Positions 23,990 to 37,330 are shown, counted from the first letter of the stretch. The stretch: 64,000 nt of DNA from Octopus bimaculoides (GCF_001194135.2 NC_068988.1:44648899-44712898); one strand, 5' to 3'. Made by a program: numbers and translations. Notes: generated by a model not told the origin, from the sequence alone.

Positions 23990-24478
23990 GGCATAGGAGT
24001 GGCTGTGTACTAAGTAGCTTGCTTATGAACCACATGGTTTCCGGGTTCATTCCTACTGTGTGGCACCTTGGGCAAGTGTCTTCTACCATAGCCTTCGGCC
24101 GACCAAAGCCTTCGGCCGACCAAAGCCTTCGGCCGACCAAAGCCTTCGGCCGACCAAAGCCTTCGGAGGACCAAAGCCTTGTGAGTGGATTTGGTAGATG
24201 GAAACTGAAAGAAGCCCGTCGTATATATATAAATATATGTGTGTGTGTATGTATGTATGTATGTGTGTCTATATGTTTGCGTGTCTTTGTTTGTCCCCCA
24301 ACATCGCTTGACAACCCATGCTGGTGTGTTTACATCCTGTAACTTAGCGGTTCGGCAAATAAGACTGACAGAATAAGAACTAGGCTTACAAAGAATAAGT
24401 CCTGGGGTCGATTTGCTCGACTAAAGGCACTGCTCCAGCATAGCCATAATGAAATGACTGAAACAAGTAAAAAAGAAA
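23990..24478 (+). mobile_element. Full-length CORE-type SINE (OR-like) with internal 17-bp x5 array
   Basis: Family head, CORE and tail; gccttcggccgaccaaa repeated at 24091-24175. Confidence 0.85.
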
Positions 24479-24811
24479 AAAAGAAATAAGATACTTGTAT
24501 GTATATATATCTATATGTGTATACAATGTATGTCTAAATATATGTGTATGCACATTATTCTATGTATGTAATCTATGTATAAATGTATATAGCGGAATTT
24601 ATAATGTATGTCTCTCTGATGTGCTGTATTTTATAGTCTCTGATAATTCACTCTTACCCAACTCTCCTCAGCCTCCCACTCTGAAATGAAAACAAAGTTA
24701 AAAGAAAGTAAAATTTATGATTCTGTTTCATAATAATAAAAGAATACAACAGCAAGAACAACAACAACAACAACAATAACAATGATGACAACAGCATTAG
24801 TGTTGATGATA

Positions 24812-24854
<43 letters not shown>

Positions 24855-25699
24855 TTGGTGATATGAGGATAATGATGATGATGATAAGGGGTGTTTTATT
24901 TTTATTTCAGAATGTGCAAAAGAAAAAAAAAAGAAACTACAGTAAAACCCCACCATGCATGAACTCTTTTATGTCATAAATCAAACTTGTGGAACCACCC
25001 CACCTCTCTCTATCCTTCTCTATCTCCCCCTCTCTCTCCCTCTTTCTCTATTTCTTTCTTGTACTTCATCTTACCCACCTAACATTCACCCCTACTGCCA
25101 TCAACCTTTTATCTCCATTGAACAAAATTAACCAGTAGCAGTAGTAGTATTAGTATTATTATTATTAGTAGTAGTAGTATCCAGGTATCCAAGGTGTAAA
25201 TGTTTGTGATATCAAACAATATCAGTCTTGATCAGATAAAAAAGAGCCAACCATGCTTGTTTACTTTGTTTTTTTTTTTAATTTTATATAATTTTATTTA
25301 TTTAATGAAATTTCGTAAATTTTTTCCCCTCTTTACTCCCCTCTATGTCTTGCTTTTTTGTCATTTCCTCTCTCACTCTCACTCTCTTTCAATCTCTTTT
25401 GTTTTATTTTCTATTTCACATTTTAAAAAAATATCTTTTGCAGGGTTTTGTTCTGTTTGTAAAGATAATTGTGAAACACTTCATAATTTTTTTTTTCCTA
25501 TTTATTTAAATTAAAAAAAAATTTTTGGTGGCACTAATGAGATTTTTGAGTGACATCTTAGATCTTTGCAACCCTTAGGTTTTGTTATGTATCATTTTTT
25601 TTTACAAACAAATAATAATAATAAAGATAATAATAATGATGATGATGAAGAAGATGATGATGATGATGATAATAATAATAATAATAATAATAATAATAG

Positions 25700-26072
25700 T
25701 TTTTTTGGCACAAGGCCAGAAATTTTAGTGGGAGGGATTAGGTCAATTGAATCAACTTTAATTCTTGACTGATACTTTATTATTTCAATGAATCTGAAAG
25801 ATGAAAAGCAAATTTGACCTCTGTGGGAGTTTGTAGTCTGAATATAAAGAACTTGAAAAAATACTGAAAGGCACTTACTCAAATGTCTTAATGATTCTGT
25901 TAGCACGCTGCCTTTAAATGGTTCCTGATTACTAGGCACAAGCCTGATATTACCAATCCCTGTATTTAACTGGTACTTTATTCTATCAATTTCAAGAAAA
26001 TGAAAGGTAAAATTGACCAGAGCAGGGTTTGAATTCAGAATATATAGAACAAATGCCACATTCCATCTAGCA
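25700..26072 (-). mobile_element. Two adjacent decayed Meta-domain-like SINEs (about 25700-25918 and 25930-26072)
   Basis: ggcacaaggccagaaatttt tail, gatgaaaagcaaatttgacc and atgaaaggtaaaattgacc cores, atgattctgttagc head. Confidence 0.6.
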
Positions 26073-26080
26073 CTCTAATA

Positions 26081-26929
26081 CAGTGGTTTTCAACCATATT
26101 TTGCTTATGGACCTCTTTGTTTCCTGTTTTACTTGGGTGGTCAATGCCAGCTCCACCTGACTGGCCCCCATGCCAGTGTCATGTAAAAAGCACCCACTAC
26201 ACTCTTGGAGTGGTTGCTATTAGGAAGGGCATCCAGCTGTAGAAACCTTGCCGGATCAGATTGGAGCCTAGTACAGCCACCTGGTTTGCCAGATCAGATT
26301 GGAGCCTGGTGCAGTCCCCTGGCTTACCAGATCAGATTGGAGCCTGCTGCAGTCACCTGGCTTGCCAAATCTATTTGGAGCCTGGTGCAGTCTCCTGGCT
26401 TGCCAGATCAGATTGGAGCCTGGTGCAGCCTTCTAGCTTGCCAGATCAGATTGGAGCCTGGTGCAGCATCCTGGCCTACCAGATCAGATTGGAGCCTGGT
26501 TCAGCCTCCTAGCTTGCCAGATCAGATTGGAGCCTGGTGCAGCCTTCTAGCTTGCCAGATCAGATTGGAGCCTGGTGCAGCCTCCTGGCTTACCAGTCCT
26601 CAGTCAAACCATCCAACCCAGGCCAGCATGGAAAGCAGATGTTAAACAATGATGATGATGAACCCTCAATGTTTAAANNNNNNNNNNNNNNNNNNNNNNN
26701 NNNNNNNNNNNNNNNNNNNNNNNNNAAAAAAAATCATATTGTATGTTTAAAAATCCTATTTTATTTTTATACTTAAAAGATTATTAAGAACTGTTTAAAC
26801 AAAAATTGTTGAAATATTTTGTCTATTGCAGAAGTATAACCAAGTTATTGCAGATAAATTTCAACAATGAAATCTTATATGGACCCCATGTACTCCAAGG
26901 GCCTTAAGAACCTCAGTTGAGACCCACTG
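26081..26929. mobile_element. hAT (Charlie-like) MITE hosting a nested retroposon
   Basis: TIRs cagtggttttcaacc / cagttgagacccactg. 8-bp flanks ctctaata (26073-80) and ctcttatt (26930-37), 6/8 identical. The interior matches the copies at 51710 and 52531. Confidence 0.7.
26143..26660 (+). mobile_element. RTE-related SINE-like retroposon with 38-bp x9 internal minisatellite
   Basis: Family motifs; unit ttgccagatcagattggagcctggtgcagcc(t/c)cct(g/a)gc repeated at 26248-26589; (GAT)n tail. Confidence 0.85.
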
Positions 26930-27172
26930 CTCTTATTCTTCTAATAATAATCTAATTGTTTCTAACATAAACACAAGTCCTGGAGTTTGGTGTGAAGGGG
27001 ACAAATCGATTATATTGTCCTTCACTAAATAACTGGATTTTTATTCTGTAAAGCAAAATTGACTTAGGCAGATGTTTTTATCTTTGAAGGATGGAGCTGA
27101 TGAAACAGAACATAAAGAGCCTTTTCTACTACAACAACAATAACAATTACTACTACCACTACTACAACTACA

Positions 27173-27219
<47 letters not shown>

Positions 27220-27239
27220 AAATAGTTATAATAATAAGA

Positions 27240-27450
27240 TTTCAAATTTTGGCACAAGGTCAGCAAGTTCAGGGGTCAGGTTAAGTTGATTATATCAGCC
27301 CCTGTGCTCAACTGGTACTTATTTTATTGACCCTGAAAGGAGGAAAGGCAAAAGTCATCTTTGGTGGAATTTAAAGAATGTAACGACGGACGAAATGTCA
27401 CTAAGTATTTGCCCCAGCTTACTAGCAATTCTGTCAACCTGCTGCCTTAA
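27240..27450 (-). mobile_element. Meta-domain-like SINE
   Basis: tttcaaattttggcacaagg tail, actggtacttattttattgaccctgaaagg core. Confidence 0.7.
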
Positions 27451-27479
27451 TAATAGCAATAATAAAAATAAAAATAATG

Positions 27480-27511
<32 letters not shown>

Positions 27512-27525
27512 CCTTAATATTATAT

Positions 27526-27725
27526 GCACAAGGTCTGAAATTTGGGGGAGAGAGATGGTCGATCACATTGAGCTCAATGCCTCACTGGTGCTTAATTTAC
27601 TGACCCTGAAAGGATGAAAGGTAAAGCTGACCTTGGCGGAATTTGAACTCAGAACATAGCAACGGGTGAAATACTGCTAAGCATTTCCCCCAGCGTGCTA
27701 ACAATTCTGCCAGCTTGCCACCTTA
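27526..27725 (-). mobile_element. Meta-domain-like SINE
   Basis: gaccctgaaaggatgaaagg core, gaatttgaactcagaac B box, ctaacaattctgccagcttgccacc head. Confidence 0.8.
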
Positions 27726-27836
27726 ATAATAATGATAATAATAATAATAATAATAATGATAATAATAATAATAATAATAATAATGATAATAATAATAATA
27801 ATAATAATAATGATAATAATAATAATAATAATAACA

Positions 27837-27883
<47 letters not shown>

Positions 27884-27914
27884 AATAGTAACAACAATAA
27901 TAATAATGTCGTAA

Positions 27915-28455
27915 GGCAGTACCAGGCACTTGTTCACATATCTTCTGATCTTAACTGACTGGAAGTGTTATCATGCATTTTATACATTGGTATAAAAGAT
28001 GGACTGCAACAAATATTCTGCTCAATACCACAAATTTGCTTGTTAGTTGCTTCACCTTAATTAGTTGAGCATGTCCCTTAGTGGCTGATGATATATGCAT
28101 CCCTGATCATGAGCAGAAGTAGCAGGGGAGCACCATGGTCATGTGTTGAGAATTCTTTGGGGTTTGGATAATTCACCTCAGGAAACCTGAGTGTTTCTTA
28201 ATATCCTTAAACAAGCCTTATTCAGGGACCTTTTGAGTGGGATGGGCTACTCAACCTGAATAAAATTCTAACTGGGCTTCACCTGCAAGGTCATGGACTG
28301 TTTATCTTGATATAAGTTCACCATGTTGTGCACACATGTTTGTGATGTATGTACCTGGTGTACCCTTATCAGACAGGTAATTGTGATGGGTATATTGGGC
28401 TTCATATATTCATACCCTAGCATCACTTTGATGGCATGCACTGCTCTCTCACTCA
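27915..28455 (-). mobile_element. Unclassified retroposon-like repeat ending next to an (ATT)n tract
   Basis: Second copy at 28722-28990 (cttctgatcttaactga..ggaagt..tatcatg, aaatattctgctcaataccaca). No protein motif recognised. Confidence 0.55.
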
Positions 28456-28489
28456 ATAATAATAATAAGGAAAATGGTTTCAAATTTTG

Positions 28490-28692
28490 GTGTAAGGCCT
28501 GTAATTTTAGGGAAAGGAGTTAATCAATTACATCGACCCCAGTGCTCAACTAGTAATTAATCAACCTTGAAAGGACGAAAGACAATGTCAACTTTAGCAG
28601 AATTTGAAGTCAGAATGTAAAAACAAATGTGGAAGAATTGCTGCTAAGCATTTTGTCCAGCATGCTAACAATTCTGCCAGTTTACCATTTTA
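28490..28692 (-). mobile_element. Meta-domain-like SINE
   Basis: atcgaccccagtgctcaact and ctaacaattctgccag motifs. Confidence 0.65.
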
Positions 28693-28721
28693 ACAACGAT
28701 GACAACAACGACGACAACAAT

Positions 28722-28990
28722 ACAGGCACTGGTTCTCATGGCTTCTGATCTTAACTGATTGGAAGTAGTATCATGTACATTGTTTTGTCTTGGTATAAAA
28801 GATGGGCCACAGCAAATATTCTGCTCAATACCACAGATTTGCTTGTCAGTTGTTTGACCTTAACCAGTTAAGTATGTTCCTTGGTGGCTGATGATAAGTG
28901 CATCCCTGATCATGAGTAGAAGTAGTTGGGGAGCATCATAGCCATGTGTTGGGAGGAATTCTTTGGGTTTTGAATACTTCACCTCTGGGT
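28722..28990 (-). mobile_element. Second, 5'-truncated copy of the 27915-28455 repeat
   Basis: Collinear similarity to 27925-28185. Confidence 0.6.
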
Positions 28991-29080
28991 GAATAGTAAT
29001 AATAATAATAATAATAATAATAGTAGTAGAAGTAGAAGTAGTACACTCAATGATAATGATAATAATGATAATAATATCTT

Positions 29081-29126
<46 letters not shown>

Positions 29127-30404
29127 TGTTGTTGTAAAATAGTGCTTTCAAAAATTGTAATAATAAAACACCATTAAAGATAAGAATCATTACAGTAATA
29201 ATAGCTGTGTAAGCAATAACAAAAAACAAAACAAAACAAAACAAAAAACAATGGCTACTTCAAGCAACACTGAGCCATCACCTCCATCAGTTATCGACAC
29301 TAGAACAACTATGCAGCTTATACAGCAATAACTGCAACCAATACAATAGCAACAACATTAACATTCACATCCCAACAAAAACAACAACAACAACAACAAC
29401 AACAGGCAACAATACGGAAGAACAATGGCAGCAATACTGATAAACAGTAAAATTTATTTTAAAAAACTAGCAGCAACAACAACAACAATAATGCCTAACA
29501 TTTTTGAATAATAATGGTTATGGTAATGATGATGATAACAGCAACAACAATAATAATGATAATAATGATAGCAATAATAATAATGATGATAATAATAATA
29601 ACAATAATGATATTAATAATAAATTCTTTACTTGCCGTAAAAATGGTGGAGAAAGCGAGGAGACATTACAAGGACAAATTAAAATAATGGTGGGGTGTTT
29701 TGCAGAATCAATTATGGAAAAAATAAAATGAAAGAAAAATCAAAATACTAAAATACAAAATGGAACAGCCATGAAAAACAAAAGTATGCAAAAACAAAAA
29801 AAAAACAAACAAACAAAACAAAAAACCAAAAAAAACCGGAAGGAGTGGTCCTAATAGTGAGAATGACATAGTATAGTAACTACTATATCCACTCTGATAT
29901 GAACAATAACAACAACATCAAGATCAACATCAAGGAAATAATGACAATAACGAATAAAAAAAGCTGTAACAATAGTAACAACAACAACAACAACAACAAC
30001 TACAATATCCAAATAATTTCAAGTATTTTAATGAAGAGGGAACAGTTCCATAACTTCAATGTACAATTAATTTTTAACTGAACATCAAAACTCCATAAGA
30101 AAGGGAGGAAGAGGGGTAGGCAGATAAAAGAATAAAATGAATAAATAAAATACTATTGATTTATTGCATTAAAACTAACAAAAAAAAAACACAAATTGGC
30201 AAAAGAAAAAATGAAAGAATAAAAAAACAGAAGCGAGACCTTAAAAATGAATATTTCTTTTGACGAGGGACGTTGCTGCTTTTTGCTAGGTTGAATTATC
30301 GCCAAAACAATAAACCTGTTCCTGTTCTTTTTCTATCATACTTTAACACACCTGAACATTTTTGCAAAAGTCACCTTTCTCAGTTTAGGGGACACTTTAG
30401 TCTT

Positions 30405-30625
30405 GTGAATTATTGGGTAACCTTACTAGTACTGGTGCCACGAAACAAGCACCTAGTATATTCTGTAAAAGGGTCAACATTAGGAAGGCCATCCAGCTGT
30501 AGAAAACCATGTGAAAACTGAGACACTGGGGTAAGACGTAGTCCTGCAGATTACTGGATCCTGTCAACCCATCCAACCCATGCGAGCATGGAAAACGAAT
30601 GGGAAACGATGATGACAACGATGAT
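30405..30625 (+). mobile_element. RTE-related SINE-like fragment
   Basis: ttaggaaggccatccagctgtagaaa...ccatccaacccatgcgagcatggaaaac...gatgatgac. Confidence 0.6.
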
Positions 30626-30984
30626 TATGATATTAATAATTACTTACATAGGCTCATCAAAACATTTTGATATTTTTGCTGCCATTGTTAATTATTAGTA
30701 CTTATCTTATTAAACAAGAAAAGGAGGAAATGCAGAGTCAACCTTGACAGGATTTGAACTCAGAATTTATTGGCACATGACTGATAGTGCATGACAATAT
30801 AATCTATTTCTCTACACATTCTGCTAAATTGTTCAATGTTTTCAAGTGAAAGTTCAAGGCCCACACAGTTTTGAGTGGGATTCTGTTAATGAAACTGACT
30901 CCTGTTCTTCCCTTGTACTTTATGTCATCTGCCTCAGAAGAATGAAATAATAATGATAATAATAATAATAATAATAATGATGAT

Positions 30985-31258
30985 TGGGAGGTTAAGCAGT
31001 TGTTGTCGATGAAAAAGGTGGTAGTAGTACCAATAATTGTCGGAGCCCTAGGAGAAGTGAGTAAAAATCTTGAGAAGTACATTGAACAAATAGGGGCTGC
31101 AATAAGGGTGGAGCACTTGCAGAAAACAGCACTACTTGGAACTGCTCGAATACTCTGGAAGGTGCTCGAAAAATAAAAGGTGTTACCTTAGTTCACTGAT
31201 AGTGAACAGCTGACACCATAGTACATCTCCAGCGTTAGAAGCTGTGCAAAGGCAATAA

Positions 31259-31260
<2 letters not shown>
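30985..31260 (+). mobile_element. 5'-truncated Dong/R4-type LINE (endonuclease C-terminus plus 3' UTR) between (TAA)n tracts
   Basis: WEVKQLLSMKKVVVVPIIVGALGEVSKNLEKYIEQIGAAIRVEHLQKTALLGTARILWKVLEK*; (TAA)n on both sides. Confidence 0.85.
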
Positions 31261-31291
<31 letters not shown>

Positions 31292-31329
31292 AATCACTAA
31301 GGGTTCACAAAAAGCATTGAGGGCAGTAC

Positions 31330-31480
31330 AGGACAATACAATGTGGGGTACTTATTTTATTGACAGTGAAAGAATGAAAGGCAAAGTCAACCTTGGTAGA
31401 ATTTGAACTCAGAACATAAAGATGGATGAAATGCTGCGAGGCATTTTGTCCAGTGTGCTAATGATTCTGCCAGCTTATTG
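31330..31480 (-). mobile_element. Meta-domain-like SINE
   Basis: gaatgaaaggcaaagtcaacc...gaatttgaactcagaac...ctaatgattctgccagc. Confidence 0.7.
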
Positions 31481-32750
31481 GCTTGCTTGTGATTAATATT
31501 GGCTTAAATATTTTTCTTCCAGTTATGTAACGTAATCAGAGATGCATGTATGTGCATGCACATGTATGCTTGCATGCACATTTAACATGTTATTATTTGT
31601 TTTATTAGCCTTGGTGCAGAGGTTAATTTAGTAGAATAGACAGCGTTGTAAATCTTATTGACCTTAAACAGATGAAAGACAGTCACTGCAAATGGGATTT
31701 GAAACAATAAAGCAATCAGTGCAATACTATATTGGTAATAACAATAGTGATAACAATATTGATCTCTTTTTTTTTTAAAAGGAGAATGGAAATGGGAAAC
31801 TGTAGCATTCATTTCATTTCAAGGATGTTGGCAATGTAAGCAAAGACAAATGTTTACAGCTAAGGATTGAAACCAGGTCAAAAACATTGCTTACTGAAAG
31901 CTTATCTTGGTCTGTGTCTGTCTGTATCTCTCTCCAATAATTGCCACAATAACGTTTAAAAAATTATTATTCTAATAATAATTATAATAATAATAAATCA
32001 TTTTAAAGATCTTTTTTCTCAAGCTGTCATAAATCCACATTAATTTTCATTTTTTTTTGTGTTAATTTCACCCCACCTCCCTGGGGTTTTTATCAAGATT
32101 TTATTTTATGTTTTTTTTTCTCTACAGTCTTTTCCTTTCCATTGTTACTGCTGTTATCGTTGTTATTATAATAATAATAATAATTATTATTATTAATATT
32201 ATTATTATTGTTGTTGTTTGCGCCGTTTTACATTGTTTTTGCTGTTCAGCTAATCAGGCCATATCTGTCATTTAAAAATAAATAAACAAATACCTCCCAC
32301 TACTTGAATTTTTAATGTTCAACCAGAAGCCATCAGTACTTCTACTGATTTGTTCAGACATTAACAGTTCTTGGGTATCTCTGATATAATTGATTTATGG
32401 GATTTAAATGTCATAAACTGGTTTCTGTTTTCTGTAATTTTATTTTTTCCTGATTTGTTCTTTTTCTGTTTTGTTCTTAGCCTTTTGGCTTAGTGTAGTT
32501 AATTTGAAGAGTTACCACTGTTATTGTTATTGTTGTTGTTTTCTCACCATGAAATTAGTTTTTATATTGTTTGATCGACTTAGTGATAGGGTTTCCCCCT
32601 TCTTCCCAGACACTGATGCTTCCTATCTTCTCCATCACTTATACAATGTACATTATTATGACAGTCTTGCCAGCCAAACTCATTTCAATGTAAACAGGTA
32701 CCATGGACAAATACATTACATCATTATAAGCAGTGGAATATTATCTTTAA

Positions 32751-32880
32751 CCCTTTCATAACCATATTTCTATTGAAATACACTGCCTTCGTTTCACTTA
32801 GTTTTAGGAATAAGGAAGAATTTAATAAAATAACTTTGTCATTATCAAGTGGGTAATATTTATTCCCACTTAAACATGGC
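32751..32880. mobile_element. Possible piggyBac-like MITE end
   Basis: ttaa followed by ccctttc; only one end seen. Confidence 0.3.
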
Positions 32881-32904
32881 TGTTCTGTTAGAGCAAAATT
32901 TACT

Positions 32905-33015
32905 GCCACTGTGTGGCACCATGGGCTAGTGTCTCTTCTGCAATAACCTCAGACCTTGTAAATGGATTTGGTAAGCCTTGGTAAATGGATTTGGTAGACA
33001 GAAACTGAAAGAAGT

Positions 33016-33067
<52 letters not shown>

Positions 33068-34073
33068 CACACACACACGAGGGGAAGTCAAAAATTATCT
33101 GCACTTTCACCATAACATATCTTTATTATTGTCACACTGCCTTCTGCACATGTGTGCTTATAGTTGGTACTATTGTGGTCACATGATCGAAGTTTGAACC
33201 TTATCATGCCATTTTTCTTTCTGGCTTTACACTGTAAGCATGGCCAATCCACTAGTAATGTGCACTAAAGAAGAACAAAGAGCAGTGATCTGATTTGTCT
33301 GGAAAAGGGGTGTATGATCAACAATGCAAGATACAGCGCTTTTCTGACCAACAAACTGAAGTCAGCAATTTGCACCAAATGCTGAAACCTATTGTCAAAA
33401 AAAGTTTTGTTGTTGCATAACAATGCACACCCACACACTGCCACCCAGACCATTGAAACCATTAACCAACTGGGTTTTGAAGTGCTGGAACTCCCTGCCT
33501 ACAGCCCAGATCTTGTCCCTTCTGACTATCATAACTCTAGACTAGTCAAAGATGGTTTACAAGGTCGTTGATTTCCTACGAATGAAGATGTGAAGGAAGC
33601 AGTGCATAAATAGTTGCATGACCAACCGGAAACCTTCTTCTTGGAGGGAATACATACACTTGTGGACTGCTGGACCAAGTACATCGAAAAGGAAGGAAAC
33701 TATATAGAATAATAATGTACTTGTTTACCCCCTGCTTTTGTGAGGAGACATTGAAAAAACAAGAGTGCATATAATTTTTGACTCTCCCTCGTAAATATAT
33801 GTGTGTGTGCGTGTGTGTGTGTGTGTGTGCACGTCTTTGTGTATGTCTTTGTGTCTGCGTCTGTACTCTATCAGTGCTTGACAACTGCTGGTGGTGTGTT
33901 TCCCTCTCCATAACTTAGTGGCTCAGCAAAAAGAGACCAATAGAATAAGTACCAGATTAAGAAAAAGAAAACAAATCGAGTACTGGGGTTGATTCAGTCG
34001 ACTAAATTCTTGAAGATGGTACCCCAACATGGCCGTAGTCCAATAACTGAAACAAGTAAAAGATAAAAGATAC
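32905..34073 (+). mobile_element. CORE-type SINE (OR-like) split by a mariner insertion
   Basis: 5' half 32905-33025 (gtggcaccatgggc...ggatttggtagacagaaactgaaagaag). 3' half 33795-34073 (gcttgacaac...catggccgtagtc...aaacaagtaaaagataaaagata). Confidence 0.8.
33078..33791 (+). mobile_element. Internally deleted mariner (DD34D) transposon
   Basis: TIRs cgaggggaagtcaaaaattatctgcact / agtgcatataatttttgactctccctcg, with TA on the right. Remnant MANPLVMCTKEEQRAVI*FVW | ...LLLHNNAHPHTA...LPAYSPDLVPSDYH...CWTKYIEKEGNYIE* has 34 residues between the second (mutated) and third catalytic Asp positions. Confidence 0.92.
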
Positions 34074-35414
34074 TTCAAGAGATATGAAATAGGTAATATT
34101 TATCACTACTTAAAAGTGGATGTTGTGTTAGAACACAGAATACTGCTTTACTTACCACGAGAGAACCACATGTATGGACTTATGGTGAATGTAAGCACTT
34201 ATGCTTGTATTACCAGCAGGAGATAATTGTCTGCTACTGCACTTGTGCGATACCAGATTGTGTGATACCAGTCTTCCTTGGCCTTGTCAATGGTAGATAT
34301 CCACAACTAGAGATAGCAGCAGTTTCTCTGTCAGTGATATATATATAGAATCTCAGTGTCTATTAGGCAGTGGTGTGAGAAATAGCCAGTGGAGTTAGAA
34401 AGTAATTAATAGCAACAGAAGCAGTGTTAATATCAAAAGATCTATTAATATAAAAAGGACTTATTAAAAAATAATTAATAGCAACTAAAGCCAGTATTAA
34501 TACCAAAAGGCATATTTATACCTAATGGTATATTTCTGTTGCTATTTATTATTTTTCAATAAGCCCACTGGCGTTTTGCAACACCATTTTGTATGGCCAT
34601 GTGATGGTTTTTGTTTCGGCATTGTACAGGTTACAGCAGCATGGATTGTTTTAGTAGTTGTATGCAGTAATGGAATAGCAGCAGCTGTTGTGACTTGGGT
34701 GTTAGTTATAGCAGTAAGGTTGTATGTTGGTTGAATTACTAGCATAATCAAAACTTCAACAGTGTGTTAGTACTTAATGTACAAGCATGGTTCTCTGTTA
34801 GTGTCAGTATTAGAAAGTCTATTTAATTTTCAAAGAATAATACACAAGGCTAAGTTCATCCTATCTACTCCAAACCCTTGTAAATATTTGAATCCCATAA
34901 GTAAACAAAATACTATTATCCTTACACATCACTTACAACTACCTACAATGGCATGGTGTACTTACTTCATGGTATCTACAAACAGTTAAGAATTCAAAGT
35001 CACCATGTGTTAAATGCTTTGGTATTAGACACTTCACAATCAATAGTCATGTGATACGGACTCATACCTTATGAATCTTTATATTCTGAAACTTGTTTGA
35101 AGAAATCAGTATCTCTACCATCTTATCACTTCTTATAAATCAACTTCATTTATTTACTAATGTTAAACATTTGTTTAAGGATTGGATTTTCGCACTTTCC
35201 CTGAGTTAGTTTCAAGCACATTATTGAAGATATTTTTTATTTATATATTATTTTAAATTTCTTTTGGATGCATGTTCCAGAGACAAGTACACCTAAAAGG
35301 CACACGTAATGCATACATAACCTCATACATACATACATACATACATCAATATGTACATACACACAAACGTACATACATACATACATACAAACATACGTAC
35401 ATACATATATACAT

Positions 35415-35640
35415 AAAGGAGCATTCCGTTGGTTACGACGACGAGGGTCCCAGCTGATATGATCAGCAGAACAACTTGCTCGTGAAATTAACGTGCCAGT
35501 GGCTGAGCACTCCACAGACATGTGTACCCTTTTTGTAGCTCTCAGGGAAATTCAGCGTGACAAGGCTGGCCCTTTGAAATACAGGTACTACTCATATTTG
35601 CCAGCTGAGTGGACTAACCACAAAGCCACGCACCTTCACT
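35415..35640 (-). mobile_element. tRNA-SINE family with gtggagtgctcagccac core
   Basis: Reverse complement of the 61560-61780 segment. Confidence 0.7.
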
Positions 35641-35853
35641 ACATACATACACACATACAAACTTACATACATACATATGTACATACATACATGCATACAT
35701 ACATAGTCACATGCATACTCAGTTATGCATATATACTTCTTTAAAATGTATGCATATATTTTTAGAGCAGATATACATGATTCATGAAATTTCAAAATTA
35801 ACACTTACACATATATGCATCATATTTGTATGTCTATGTTGGTGTGTACAGAT

Positions 35854-35898
<45 letters not shown>

Positions 35899-37330
35899 AC
35901 ACATTTATGTTTGGTGGAATTTAACCATATTTATTTATGTATGCATGGCATACATAGTTTTATATGGAATGAATACACTCATACAAATATATGTGTGACT
36001 ATGTATGTGTGTGTGTGATGGCATGTGTATGTATATGTGTGCAAGTATGTGTATATGTATTTGTGTACCTACCAATTTAACAGTATGATCACTTATATCA
36101 ATTGTATACATATGAATGTATACACATACCACATTTAAAATATAAGCATTTATACACAGTAGGTGTATTTCATACATACTTATATATATGTGCACACACA
36201 TATATAAATACATACGCACACATATATATATATTTCTATATATATATATATACACAAACGTACACACACACACACACACTCACACAGATATATAACATAC
36301 TTATATTAACATACATTCATACACACATACATGCAAACATGCATGCATACATACGTACATACATACATACATACAGACAGACAGACAGGGGTACACATAA
36401 ATATATACATATATACATGCATTCGTACATACATACATACAGACACACAAATATACAAACATACACAATCACACACATACAAACATACATACAAACACAC
36501 ACATACATACACACACACATATATATACAGACAGATACACACAAAAATACATACATACATACACACATACATACATACATACATACGTACGTACTTACAT
36601 ACGTATGATATTATGCAAAAATGCAATAACAAGGTAATAAATAACAAACAAAACAGAAGACTGCTACCAAAATATTGCTGGTAATTTCAAATTTCACAGT
36701 ATTTCCTAACAGTGAGTAATTGCTTGAAACAAGTTCTGCCAGAATACATTTTCTGATAATTGTCTAAGTTTCTTTTTTTAGATGTTCGATTTTCTCATTT
36801 CCTATTAATACTAGCTTGCATATACACCCAAACAAGCGTGCATACATGCATACATTCATATATAAATATATATATGTACATACGTATATAAATGTATATA
36901 TACACATACACACACACACACCCACAGACACACACATGCATACAGATACATAGATATATATACATATATGCATGTGTGTGTATATATATATATATGTATA
37001 TATATACATACACATATATATATACACACACACATGCACGTGTATGTATATGTATATGTGTGTATAAATATGTATATATGCATTACTGCACTCTGATTAT
37101 TTATGTCTGTTGAATGTTTAGTTATAGATATACAAGCACACATAATACACACATGCACACATGTGTGTGTGTGTGTGTGTGTATATATAAATATATATAA
37201 ATATATATATTATATATATATATATATATGTATATAACTTCACAGTATATATTTCTTGTGAACTATCATGAATAGCATATGAAGATATCACTGTGTGCAT
37301 GTATGTGTGTGTATATATATATATATATAN
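35640..37330. repeat. Extended degenerate (CA/TA/TACA)n microsatellite field
   Basis: Direct observation. Confidence 0.9.

Noticed and set aside
26248-26589. 38-bp repeats resembling a CRISPR array
   Set aside because: The units are head-to-tail with no unique spacers, derive from a SINE segment, and lie in animal DNA with no cas genes.
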